NCBI RefSeq assembly: GCF_009914755.1
Contig: NC_060931.1
Source of the DNA: the human T2T-CHM13v2.0 reference genome, Homo sapiens
DNA length: 64,000 nt
Reading direction: 5' to 3' (one strand)
This document shows, piece by piece, positions 42,106 to 55,262 of the stretch. The notes beneath the pieces were generated by a model. It was not told the DNA's origin. It saw nothing but the letters and a program-made list of their open reading frames with translations, and made no database searches. Each line of letters begins with the position of its first letter. Positions within the stretch are counted from its first letter, which is position 1. The position numbers were made by a program, and so were the translations under genes.

Positions 42106-45100
42106 TCAAAATGCAGAGGTACTTTTAAAAATGCACCAAATAATCAAATAAGAATGATTCAACAGTTGTGTTTCTCAGACAAAAAGCCATACGATTTCAT
42201 AGCACTGGGATGCAGGGTTGTAGCGGCATTTCATGAGCCTGGGACATGACCTTCAGTGCTAAATTTAGTGCTCCTGGTGTTTCTAAGATTCCCAGTTACC
42301 AGTTTAACTTCATCTATCTAGGATGTTCATACCAAGAATGTTTCTACAAACTCAATTATCTACTCAAAATAAGAAGCAAGCAAACCTGGACCTGCTTTTC
42401 CCATCTCCATGTAACAGACTCAGACCTATGAATGAATTGATAACAAAATTGATGGAAAAGCACTTCACAGTTGCAGGGCTACGGGATTTCTCGGCAATTT
42501 AAATTTAAGTGGGGATGGGGGAGAGTTTTAGCTAGGATATTCAGTGTATACACTGAGACAGGTACTCCAGTACTGAACCAGCAGTGAAATGCAAGAAAGA
42601 AAACAGGAACACCGGTACAGCACTCTTCCAGGAGAGAAAAGAGCTAAAAAAGTGGGTGGTGAAAATCACACTTCCCTTGGTTCTAAAGCCCCCAAATCCT
42701 TGTTCATTATGGGGAGAGGAAAACAGTTAAAAACAAAAGTTAAGCATACACATATAAGATAACAGAGAGTTATTCTCAACTTAATGCACTTAATTAATCC
42801 AAACTAAACATAATACTTTTATAATGAAAAACACAGGCCTTGAAAAATCTGCCAAGCAAGAAACACACCATATTCCCATAAATATTCATTTTATCGCTGT
42901 TTAAGGGTTTTTACTAGTGGCTAAAGGTAATAACCCAGATAGGCCCCCAAAATGGAATGCTCACCTAAGCATATCTCTAATACTCACGGTTGCTAAATAA
43001 CAAGACTGTTGAACAAATTAAAAGCAAAATAACACACCTCTTATTCTTTTCATGAATCTTTTTAATGTAACCACTCACCAACAGACATGAAATCAGTAAG
43101 TCAATCATTAACGGTCTCCAAATACTTATAGATTGAATCAAAAACGATAAATACCACATAACAATACCTGTCTAGAACTTTGACTAAATGCTTTATATTT
43201 TCACCCATGTCTTTTCATCAGAAGTGTATTTATATGACACTATCTACTAATTGGGATATTTTTATTCTTCTTAAGATCAGTTCTTCTTTCTGCATATAGG
43301 GCTGCCTTTGATAGTAAAGGGCCTCTCCCCAGCAGAAGTGTATAATAGTTTGAGCCTCTTCATCCTGGGAATTGCAAGTGTTTGTTCATTTTAACATTTG
43401 CTTTTCATAAAGTTTGCTGGTTCAAACTGTTTTCAACTGTGTTAGCCCTGCAACACAGTTCACCTAGGTCACTGCTATTGCTGTAAACTTAATTTTTCCA
43501 CATTTTCACTATTAAAAGGACAACACTAGCCTTCTGGGAATGAGGTAGCATTACTTCAAAGCTGAGTTTTAGAAAACGTATCAAACTCTTAACCTTCTTT
43601 AAAAATGTGTGCAAAATATTAAGACAATTTCTACACTTAAAAAAAAAACCTCATGATTCACCAAGTTTTAAACCATCTCAAACTAAATCCTCAAGAAGGA
43701 TAACTGTCTTTAACACATTTTAATAAATATAATTTATACTGTCTTTTAACCAGCTTGTCTAAGTAGGTAGGCAATGGGGTAAAATTATTACTCAGCTTAT
43801 ATAAATTATAGTTTATTCTGAAATAACTGTTAGCGAGAATGGATGGGATATGCAATGACAGCCTTCTGTAAGTCAAGAGAAATTATTTATTTATATTACT
43901 TATATCATACATATTAATGTATAGCATTATCTATATTTATTTTTTACTTATTATTGGGAGTAAGGGGAAGAACTTGAACTAGTAACATTTCTACCAGAAC
44001 TTCACAGTACCGGTGTTTTCGCTTTATTTTAAACTAGCCATCATGAAAAATCTGATTTAATACTTTCAAGCACTTTCAGTTATGACTATTCAATCATGAT
44101 ATGAATCAGCAAATTGGTTGCTCCATTAAACTGCTTTTAAGACTACCAAAACTTGCCCAGCTCTTCTGTCATACCTTTAGCAGAGGAAATGGAAGAAGCT
44201 ATTACAAGGACGCCTGAAAACTTGAAAAGTTTCAAAACCTGGACAATTACTCAACAGCATTTTCCTCTGAAAGACATTTTGTAGACGTTTCCCATGATTA
44301 TCTCCTATTCCGGATGGCCCATCAAATCACATTCTAAACAGGCATTCAACACTTATTAAGCAGCCACTGTGTGCAGAGACAGCACTATACTAAGCAAAGG
44401 AGCATAGGGTTCTGCCTCATTTTATTCCTGCATAAATACACAGCAGTCGTGATTTATTCTCTCAACTTTGTAGAAACGTGAGCTGCATCCACATGGCTGA
44501 ATCCATGGCATTCATTTGGACTTCCTGGGGGCAATTTACAGGTTCTCTGGATTAGACAGCCCCATTGGGACATCGCTCGGACCCTTCACCTTCTAGCCCA
44601 CGCAGGACAACTCGCTGGCGTCGGTCACACCTTCCGCAGGTGGTTGGACCGCCTAAGCCAGATGCACCCGGCCCACCTCCCTTAGCAGGGGTTCCGAATA
44701 GAAGTGTGAAAATGTGTGCAATGACTTCTGCAAATCAGAGGACTTGTTGAAAGGTCCAGGGGTCCAGGCGTGAAGGGAAAGCAGCCACCCTGCGGGGCGC
44801 CCCCTCCCCGGCGTCTCCCGGGCCCGGGGCGCTGCGCAGGCCGCCGCCGATCCCAGGGCGCAGCCAGCGCACCTCGGGCCTAGCACCATTAGAAAGGCAA
44901 ATCGCAGAGCCGGGGTGCATTTAAATGCCCGGCCATGGGCCCTGGGGGTGTCTCTCCAGCGGGCGCCGCCGCAGGGGCCTCCAGGGCGCGTCGACCCCGG
45001 GGCGCTGGGCGCGGCCCGCGGGCGCACCCAAGACCTCAGCCCGCAGCGCCCGGGCGTCCGCGCCAGGCCGGGGCAGGGGAGGGCACCCAGAGCCCCCGGG

Positions 45101-45843
45101 CCCGCGTCCCCGGCCCCGCCCGGGCCCCTCGGCCGCCTCCCAGGGAGAGGGCAAGCTCCCCGGCCCCCGCCCGCGGCCGCCGGCCCCGGCCCCCTCCCGA
45201 CGCACCACACCTAGCAACCGGCGCTGACAGGACGCAGTGGCGGCGGCGGCGGCGGGAGGAGGAAGCGGAATGGCTGCCGCGGTGGAGCCACCCCCGCCCC
45301 CCCGCTCCACCTCCCCGCGGCTGCAGCCGCCGCCGAGCCCTGACAGCTCGAGCCGGGGCGGAAGCGCCCGGCGGCGTGCAGCGCCCGCCCCCCGCTGCCC
45401 TCAGCGCCTCGGGCTACTCCGACCACCCGGGCCAACTAACTCCGCGACCCTGCCCAGCGCCCAGCTCCCGCCGCCCGCCGCGCCCTCCGCCCCGCGCCCC
45501 GCGCGCCGGCACTCGGCCCCGCCGCCGCAACCCCGCCGCCCCGCCGCGGCGCTCCCCGCTCCCACCACTTCGCGGCCCGCGTGCACGCCCCTGAGTCCCC
45601 CAGCCGCCCGCCCGCCCGCCCGCGGCACCTCGGGGCGCCCGCCCCCTCCCCCACCCGAGCCCGCTCCCCGCCCCCCGGCACCTCGCGCCCCCGCATCCCG
45701 CCACCCCCACCTCGGGGCTCGCACGCGCCCTCCCCGCCCTGCCGCCTCCCTCCCCGCCGGCCACCCCTGGCCATTCCGGGGCTCCCCGCCCGGGCAGGAG
45801 TTTCCGCGCGCCTGGCACCCCCGCCCACCCCCGGGCCATTTAC

Positions 45844-45958
45844 CGATGTGGTTGTCCTCGATGTGCTCGATGAGGTCGGCCAGGGTGGGGAAGTGGAGTC
45901 CGCAGCCCCCGAATCGGCAGGTATTGGAGAAGAAGGAGGCGGCGGCGATGCCTGTCAT
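45844..45958 (-). CDS. JAZF1: JAZF1 (JAZF zinc finger 1 / TIP27) coding exon 1: 38 codons + 1 nt, encoding the first C2H2 zinc finger
   Basis: Translation MTGIAAASFFSNTCRFGGCGLHFPTLADLIEHIEDNHI is the JAZF1 N-terminus (C-x4-C-x12-H-x4-H). Good Kozak context GCACCATGA at 45958. Splice donor ATCG|GTAAAT at 45844/45843 gives a 115-nt phase-1 exon. Confidence 0.98.
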
Positions 45959-46200
45959 GGTGCTACATCGAGAGCCCCCCTGGTGTCGGCTCTGCGAGCG
46001 CCGGGCGGGCGAGGGAGGGAGGGAGGCCGGGTGGGGTGAGGAGAGGAGGGGCTGGGGGAGGGGGAGAGAGGCGGGGTGAGGGGAGCGGCGAGGACGGGAC
46101 GGAGGGAGAGGGGGCGAGAGAGATGGAAGGAGAGCGAGGAGCCACCGGGAGGCAGAGGGGAGGCGGCGGCTGCGGCGGCGGCGTCGGGAGCGGCGGGGGG
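45959..46200 (-). other. JAZF1: JAZF1 5' UTR (TSS approximate, ~46120-46200)
   Basis: C-rich leader with CCG/CCT repeats directly upstream of the ATG, with GC boxes just beyond at 46201-46220. The exact TSS cannot be read from sequence. Confidence 0.7.
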
Positions 46201-49200
46201 AGGGCGGGGGCGGGGGGGGAAGGCCGCCGCAGCTGGGAGGAGGGACCAGGGCGCGCGGCTACAGCTGTGCGGCCCCAACCTCAGCGCGCGGACCCAGGCC
46301 TCACCTGCGAGCCCTGCCACCAACTTTATCTCGCTAGGCCTGCCCTTTACGGCTTGCCATCCGTGCCATCTGTTTGGAGCCTCCTTGGTTATGTATATGA
46401 CGTTCTTAATACACCCACATCGATTAATTACACCTACCTCCCTGCGAGGAGAACTCAGGGAGTTACCCTGGTCCCTCTCAGGGACATTTTTTTGTACTCA
46501 GCCACCTGTCTAGGTGTGACACATTCACAGGGGACCCAGGAAAGGTAATTGTGTGCACCTTCTTCTTTAAACCTTCTTTAGAAAAAGTACACATTCTCCG
46601 GAGGTTTGTACTAACTAATTGATTTTAATGAAGCTTTCCCTCTAGGCCAGAAAAAAATCTTAGCTTTATTTAAATTTCAAAATAGAGTGCTTGGTTGTCA
46701 AGTGCATTTGCCTGTGTTTTACATATGTGCCACGTTTTTTATACTCCCTGCTCCTTCTAGGAAAACAAAAACTAAAATAATTTCATCACCCGAAATTACA
46801 GCACCCTACTGCACCCACTCCACCATCTCAGGTCTGGTAATTAACCCATCCTCGTTTCAGCCACTGCAGAAAGGACAGTGCATTGGTTAAGGCTAGAAGG
46901 AGCGGAAACAACGGCAAGGGACATAGTGACTCTTCATTTAAAAAGGAAGCGATTTCATCCTGTGAGCATTTAAAGCATAATGTTGACCAGGTAACCACTT
47001 AAGGTGAATTTAGTAGCTTCCCTGAAAACCAGCATTTTGCTGAGAATCAATTACTTTCTTGTCCCCACCCCCTCCTCCAGTTGCAGTCATATTTCTTCTG
47101 TAAAGTGTGTATTTTCCAGTAGCACTTTTCCAGGTGTCTAAGAAATATTACACATTATCAGCAGTTTATGACCCAACAGTACATTTTTTTTATTAATATT
47201 AATATATGCATACTGAATTTAGCATTTTTCCTTAGGGCAAATTTCACTTACCCTCTGGTGCAGATGCATGGAGAAATAGTATTCCTCCCTCCATAAACTC
47301 TATGCATCTCTGTCTAGTGTTATTTCTAATAATGGGATTGTTTGCTTTTCATGTAAGTGCTTAGAGTAAAGGCACATGTAATATGTCTGTTGCTACAGGA
47401 AGTTTTATGATCTGACCATCACCGGTGGCATTTTCTCTTCTCATCTCTTCTGTCTTGCAGCTCACAAGGTGACAAACTTGCTGAGATGAGATTCGGCTTG
47501 GGTGGGGCTGGGGCAGCTGTGTCTTGAAGTTCAGTTTGGTGCCAAGAATGGTTTCATGGGCCCAATGAGGGTGGGGGCAGGGCCCTGGTGGGCCTGATAA
47601 TGAGCCAGGGACCGAGTTGGCAGGGGACTGAGGCCAAGGCCAGACAAGGGTCTAAAGAGCAGGAGTTAGAATTCTAGATCTTGAATTAGAATTTTGGCAG
47701 CTGTGCAGTACATTCAGCTGCCCAATCTGGGAAGGCCTTCAGCTGAGAGCAGGCAGAATATCTGGCAGGCACACACCACACCAAATGACATGGAAATGCA
47801 ATACAAAACTTCAGCCAAAAATGATGCCAAAACAGCCACCCTTAGAGATGAATGTTAGGCACCCCCACTATGCAGCATCTGGGAGCCCCAAAAGCTTTGA
47901 AGAAGTAGCAGTTCTGTCCTCCAGAGGAAAAATTGTCTACGTGGAGTTATTAACTCCCAAGAGTGTGGAGAGGTGGTTCAGGCAAGAGAGTTCCGAGATG
48001 GGAAGTGCCAGAAATGTGCAGGTGAAAGATGAAGGAAGTAAGGGGCCTGGGTTTCACTAATGCATGGCTTTCTACTACCTCCTGTCAGTTTCACTATTCC
48101 TAAAATAAAACCTTGCTAGACCAAATTGAAAAAAATAGATTTTTTAAAAAATGAAGTGAGCTAAAATAACTTCCAAAGTAAATCAAGATATTGGTTTTTA
48201 AGACAAAATTATTTTCTCTACCTTGGATAATTATTACTGTTTTGTAAGGAATCAGTTCATTTTGCCTGAAAATAATCCACCCTACTACTTCTTCATATGT
48301 GACTGAAGCTTTGTTTATGTGATGTTCTGCTCATACTACTTTTTAAAAATCTGTACACTCTAGGCATTTCCGGTCTTTATATAAGATACATGATTGTGAT
48401 CTCTTAGACCTGGAAGATACTCTGGCTGTCAGAACCACTGGTTTTGGAGATGTGGTAAACTGAGGCCGGGGCATCAAGCAAGTTCTCCCAGGTGCACACA
48501 GACAGTTTTTTTCTCTGTACTCATGGTGCATTTAGAAGGCATTGATAGACAATAGAAGGACAAATTATATATAGATAGTAACCACAGGCAAAGTTTTTTA
48601 AAAATTGCTAATAGCATGCTTACCTTTCTGTACTTATATTTTTAAAATGTTTGTTTCCAGGATATCCCTTTAGATAAAGTCAACATCTAAGCTACAAAAA
48701 TATATAAAACAAACAATTCAACTTATTACATCCGAGAGAGAAGGTGATGACTGATATACCTCTGTACTGGCAAAAAACATCTGTCTGATTTGGAAAGTAA
48801 AAATATTTGAAAGGAGAGGGAAAGTGAGGGAACTGAGAAGTCAGAATGATATGACAGTGGCTGTAGACAAGAAGCATTCTCTGGGTTTAAGAGCCTTTTC
48901 TTGAAAACCATCTGTCTCTCCCCAGAGCCCAGTGCCTCCCAATGTATAGGCACAAAGTATGGATGTGCAGTGGCCCCATAATATGGTACTTAGCATTACA
49001 AATGGTTTGAGATCGCATAACAGTCTCCCCAAATCCAGCATGTCCAGTGCCCTCGAGATGGGGCAGCTGCCGGAAGGTGTGAATCCACTGGTCTAATGGA
49101 GCCAACTGAAGACACTGAGGATCCTGCTTCATACAGCTGTCTGTCCTCCACATACAGGAATTGGTTTATTTTGGCATACACTGATAATCAAAACCGTGCA

Positions 49201-50755
49201 CTTCCTGTGTCCTGTGTGGACATCTGTTAATGATGCAAGAGGATCTATATGAACATTAGATTCTATCTTGAATCTAACTCTATACTGCCTTCAACTGTAG
49301 CTTTCTCTGGCTTTTTAGATTGTTTTCCAGGTCCCTCTTGAGGTGCTTTTCAGGTTTACTAGATATTTCTTCTATTGTCACCACTGTGTCGAAGGAGCAG
49401 ATCATGAACCTTGGTCTTCTTCAGCTCATGCAAGTCTGTGGACGCTTACAATGTCTGATGTTCCCTGGCTCTTGAATGCTAAGGCTGCCACTTCCACCAA
49501 CAGCAACCTTGGGCTCAAAGGGATGCCTTCTTTTTAGGCTCCATCTTCTTCTAAGGAGGATGATTTCTATTCCAGGTTTTATTGTTTAATATTTATGCAA
49601 CCAAGTTTTCTGTATTTATTTTATTCCAGCTCAGAAATGAATCAGCTTTATCTGCTCTCTGGTGATTAATTCTCATTTTGTCCCTCAGTCTCATTTTGCC
49701 TAGGATTAAGAGCTAGCCTTAGAATGAGTAATGGGGGTATTCTTACTAGTTGCCACCAGTGACCTCATGAGTGTTAGCCCCTAGCTCTCCACCTGGCTGC
49801 TCCTGCCTGCTGACTGTATACGTAGTTTTGGCATTTATTTCCAGTTCCTTGAAGGACTTTTCCAGAACTAAAGTAGTAAAACACCCACCCAATCACTGCA
49901 GTTCTAATTGAGCATCCTGGATCCATTCCACTACATTATGTGCCACACTACTACCCAGATGATAACTCCAAACCCAAATCTGATGGGAGCCACTGCTGCT
50001 CAGGCCACCCCAACCTGAGTTTTAGAATAATGTTAACAGAAGCAGCTAAGCAATTACTGTTTCATTTTTGCCTTTAACCTATCTTGATTGAACATCTATG
50101 CAAAGCTCCTGTTACACAACTCCAGAAGGCTCTATTTATATAGGCAACTGCATGAACAGTGACCCTGGGATCTGTGCAGCCTTGCAGTCCTGTTCCACTG
50201 CGCAAGATATGAGGGATACAATTTGAATAAGACAAGCCCAGTCTCTCCTCACGTGAGAGAGCACTAGGTGCTTTGCAAAGTCCTCCTCAATCTATTCTAA
50301 GGGCCTGCTAGGGGTGGCTTGGTTGGACTCCGTGTACTACCCTCTTGGCTGCTCTGGTATCTATTATTTCCCTTCTTTCCAGCTTTGGCTCACTCAGATG
50401 ATAACTTCAGTTGCTGTTGACTGTAATGGAGCCACTAAGGCCACTAATGCTTGTAAAAGACTGCACAGCCTTTTTTGCCCAAAGATGTGTTTTTAGACGT
50501 CACTGATTCTCACCCAGCAATGCACAGTCTTGAGGATTTCTATAACTTCAAAGGCTACTAGCACGTTTTTTGTTCTAGCTTTTTGAGGTTTTACCAGCTC
50601 ACACTATTGCAGTCCGTTTCCTCTGGACTCAGACAAGTATCACTGGAGATTGGACTAGAAGATCAAATTGGGAATACTCCATGATCTCATCTCCCCTGCT
50701 AGAATGTCTTAGTGGTAACTTTCACTACCAGAATAGGCTTCCTGCTTTTCAGTGA

Positions 50756-51147
<392 letters not shown>

Positions 51148-51547
51148 TCATTTAGTTTTCAAAATGCGCTCACTTGTTCAACAAAAACCACCTTGCCTTT
51201 CTTTGCAAATATTGTGTAGCCTGTCTGGAACATTCTTTTTCCCTCTTCCCTATTCCCTCCCCCAAATACACTGCAGCAACTCAGCATGTCATCTCCTCCA
51301 GGAAGCCTTCCCTATAACTTCCTCCTCTTCCTTCCCTGCTGAGCTGGATGCCTGTCATCTGTGTTCTAGCCAAATTCCCTCTGCATCAGATTCTGACTGC
51401 TGGCTTACTGGTCTTCCATCTCCTGTGTACCAGTAGTTCTCAAACCTTTTGCTCAAGAATCCACTTGAACCTTGATCTCATTAATATTTATATTTACTTA
51501 TAAATTATATACAGGTGCTACTTTTCACATATAGTATGTATATTATA

Positions 51548-51847
51548 GGCTGGGCACAGTGAGTCACGCCTATAATCCCAGTACTTTGGGAGGCTGAGGT
51601 GGGAGGACATTTGAAGCCAGGGGTTTGAGACCAGCCTGGTCAATATAGCAGGACCCTATGTCTGGCAAAAAACTAAAAAATTAGCTGGGTGTGGTGGTAC
51701 ACCCCTGTAATCCTGGCTATTCAGGAGGCTGAGGCAGGGGGGAATAACTTGAACCCAGAAGTTCAAGGATACACTGAGCTATGATCACACCACTACACTC
51801 CAGCCTGGGCTACAGAGTGAGATTCTATCTCTAAACCAAAACCAAAT
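51548..51847 (+). mobile_element. AluJ, probably inserted into a hAT-Charlie MITE (~51432-51983)
   Basis: Forward Alu; the flank begins cagtagttctcaaac; degenerate TSD tagtatgt. Confidence 0.93.
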
Positions 51848-52015
51848 GTAGTATGTGTGTTATGAAATAAATCAAATTCTTTTTAAAACGCAGGAATAGA
51901 AGGCCTAGTATCTTCATACCATACCGCAGAGTATTGCCTGGCCCACATCCTGGGGTGAATGCATTCCTCCTTGGAGGCCTCTGCACTTGATGGTAGCCTC
52001 CTTGAGAAAAGAAAC

Positions 52016-52273
52016 TTTTATTTTTTTTTTTTTAGCCGGAGTCTCGCTCTGTCGCCCAGGCTGGAGTGCAGTGGCACCATCTCGGCTCACTGCAACCTCC
52101 GCCTCCTAGGTTCAAGCAATTCTGCCTCAGCCTCCCGAGTAGCTGAGACTACAGGCGCCCACTACCACACCTGGCTAATTTTTTGTATTTTTAGCAGAGA
52201 CGGGGTTTTGCCATGTTAGCCAGGATGGTCTCAATCTCCTGACTTCATGATCCGTCCACCTTGGCCTCCCAAA
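52016..52273 (-). mobile_element. AluSc-like, 5'-truncated
   Basis: ccatgttagccaggatggtctc diagnostic; stops at cctcccaaag. Confidence 0.93.
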
Positions 52274-52759
52274 GAGAAACTATCTTTAGGCCTGCACTGC
52301 TCAATAAAAGTTGCATGGGAGTATAGTTCAGCACTGTGATAAGGCAGTGTGCTAAGACTTCAGTTTTCAATGTTAAAGCAATTTCTAACAATTTGTTACT
52401 GTTCCTCTCTAATGTAGCATCGAGGAAAGATAGTCTTCAATCTCTTAGCTTGGATAGATTACAAGTCATTCCTTCCCGTGGTTGTGGACACACTTTTGAC
52501 GAGACCTCTTTCTAAGGTCTAGCACAGGGACTGTGCTGCGCCAATAACAGGCACTTAGAAAATGCTTGTCTCATTTGTTTTGATGGTGCTAGTTTACTAG
52601 TCTCTGCTGACGCAAAGCCATTCAACTGGACAGAGATAAGCAGGGAGCCATTCAGCAATGACATGAGATCTGACACTAGCTCTCCTTTCGTAGACTGACT
52701 ACGATACCTTTCCCTTTACACAGATGTTCAAATTCATTATGGTGATTATTTTAAATAAC

Positions 52760-52990
52760 TATTACCACATTCATTGAGTGCCTACTATTGGACTTGATGC
52801 CTTAACAGAGAGCAGTTCTTAAATCCTATGAGGTAGACAAATGCTGTTATGCCCAAACTATGGATGAGAAAAACAAGACCCTGGGAAATAAGGTAACTTG
52901 CTGAGGTCCTTAAAGCTAGTAAGTGCTGGAACTAGGATTGAACTCAGCTCTGTGTGACTCCAGAGTCCTGGCACTTAACATTCTACCCGT
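52760..52990 (-). mobile_element. MIR
   Basis: cattgagtgcctacta...cctatgaggtag...aggtaacttgctgaggtc...tgtgactccagagtcc. Confidence 0.75.
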
Positions 52991-55049
52991 ACTTGAATTT
53001 GTGGATTATAAAACACTTTTGTTCTCTCCCCTTGAATCTGGGGGCGGGCCCATGCTCACATAAATCACAGAAACTAGGCTAGAGGGGCAACAGCATCCTA
53101 GTTTGCCAAATGCACTTAGGTGAGGATACTGAGAATCAGGATGGGGAATTGATGATGGAGATGTCATGAGGCCTCCAGCAGGAACTGAAGCTCTTGGCTT
53201 GTCTTTTGCCCTCTGCTTCTCTATTGGGAGGTCCTCTCATTACTGTTACCAAGCTTGTTTCTGGTCTTAAATACCTTATTTTAAAACTAAACTTTATAGA
53301 GACGTCAGACTTTTAAAAGATACCCTTGGGTTGCTCTTCACCCTGTTCCTGACAACCTCCACTCTGCGCCTTCCTGCTGGTGATTTTGGGGTGGAGTAGG
53401 GAAAACAGGCATCACCTCTCATGAGGAAAGGTGACCCTTTTGCTTTTGTCATGCTCTTTATCTTTGTCTCCTGTTTTGTAAGGACTTAACTCATGTTGCC
53501 TTTCAGCTAATTGTTTGGCATAATTATATTTTCTGTTGCAATTTTTGTTCCCAGAGTCACAGAACAAACAGTCCCATTAAACGTCATCTCAATGGGCTCT
53601 GCAGCTCAATCCTTTCTTTTCCAGATCTGGACCAATGTGGAGGCTACTTTTGCCTTTCAGAAAATGGACCCAGATTCCAGTCATTTCTCTAGGAAATGAC
53701 TTTTCCCCTGGGTTTTATAACTCAATTTGCCTTTCTGTAATTTTCATCCCATTATGTGTTTGCCAAGATAAATGATTCTTTCTTCTCTGTATTACCTTAT
53801 ATATGTAATGACTTTTCTTATTTATAAGGCCTCAAACTCAGAAGCCTTAGGGTCAGACACAGGATGCAATGAGAGAAGAGGTGTGTGAATGCACCTTTGT
53901 ATTGTGTGAATGGTGGGGCAATGGTGACCTGGAGAGAACTGTTCTTTTAAAACACTGGAAGGAAAACACATTCCACCTGCAACCCACAGTTGGCCCATGA
54001 ACCTTCCAGTTTGCACCCCCTGTTTTTCCTTCCATGCCACGGTGCCCAACTTAGATTACTGTTATTGCCACAACAGCCCAAAAATATCCGGATTAATTAT
54101 TTCTCATCACTATGAGATTAGATGTAATCTAATTCTTGTTGTTAACAATTCAAGAAGGGTCATTTGCACCTTAAACACATCTTGAAGATAATATCTGAGC
54201 TGCCCAGGTAAACAGTCATATCAGAGGGAATAAATAGTTGATAAGGACTGCCTTCCTGGTTCTAACACTTCTTGGTTCTCAACATCGTTCTATATTACCC
54301 AGTGCAGATCAGAGTCATAAGAAAATTTTCAACAAGCTGACTATGTAAGTACTACAAATTTATTTAAAGCGAGTGCAGTAAAAGATAATGTTGTATAGTG
54401 CCTGACCAGTCTTCATCTATAAAATAATTAACAAAACCCTTCAGTTGGTAGGTTTGGATGGCCCAGTCTTTGCGTATTCCCTCTCCTGTGTCTGCAGCTC
54501 AAAGTCACATTACTTGCAAGGTATTCTCTTTAAAAATGTGTATAGTAATCAAACATTTTAGATAACGGTCTTCAGGGTTAGAGCCAACTCATGACTCCAA
54601 TTTCTTTCTCTCTCTTCCGCCATTCCCATCCTCACTCTCCCCGTCCCAATCCAATATCCCTCCCCTGCTGCCTTTCCCTGCCATCCCCAACCCCCTGAAA
54701 ATATGGTGCCTTTTCAAGATTGATTCTTGAATGGGGCCTAGGCATGGAGAGTGTTCGGTATTGTGTTTGAGAAAGTTGCACCAGAGACAATAATTCAAGA
54801 AAGAAACAAGAAAAAGGAAATTAGGAAAGAAAACTAAAAAGGGGCAGAAGCAAAGGCTGAGAGGATCTTTTCTGTCTTCTCTCTCCTGTGCACCAAAGTC
54901 CTGCAGCAGAGGAATCCTCTCTTCAGATAATCCCTACTCAGTCTCTTATTCTTATGAACCACAATCAAATTTGCATCTTATCTTCCTTATTCTATACCCT
55001 GATCCAAAAGACTGATCAGAGGAAAGGTCTTCACAAAAGTCCAGCATCG

Positions 55050-55262
55050 AAAAGACCTAGATCCTAATGCCAACTCTATTTTTTGACTTACAGATCATTA
55101 ACCTTGGGGAAGTCACTCAGTCTCTCTGAGACTTCTTACCTACACACTGGATTTAACAGTACAGATCCTACCCAGCTTCTGGGGATGAAATGAAATGCTG
55201 CATGTGAAAACACACTGGAAACTATAAAATGCTAATCAAAGATGAGGTATTATCATTATTAT
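55050..55262 (+). mobile_element. MIR
   Basis: agacctagatcctaatgcc...accttggggaagtcact...aaatgaaatgctgcatgtgaaaac. Confidence 0.65.

Larger units (their letters stand above)
44570..46420. promoter_or_regulatory. CpG island / TATA-less bidirectional promoter of JAZF1 and JAZF1-AS1
   Basis: Abrupt switch to very GC- and CpG-dense sequence in a CpG-depleted background. Many GGGCGG/CCGCCC boxes and tandem ETS GGAAGCGGAA at 45261-45270. Contains exon 1. Confidence 0.95.

Noticed and set aside
45401-45843. 185-aa ORF continuing from the JAZF1 ATG into an Arg/Gly-rich tail
   Set aside because: Read-through past the canonical donor at 45843; long open frames are expected in sequence this GC-rich.
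44565-46548. Many overlapping 100-280 aa Pro/Arg/Gly/Ala-rich ORFs on both strands
   Set aside because: Stop-codon depletion in the CpG island; low complexity and no recognisable domains.
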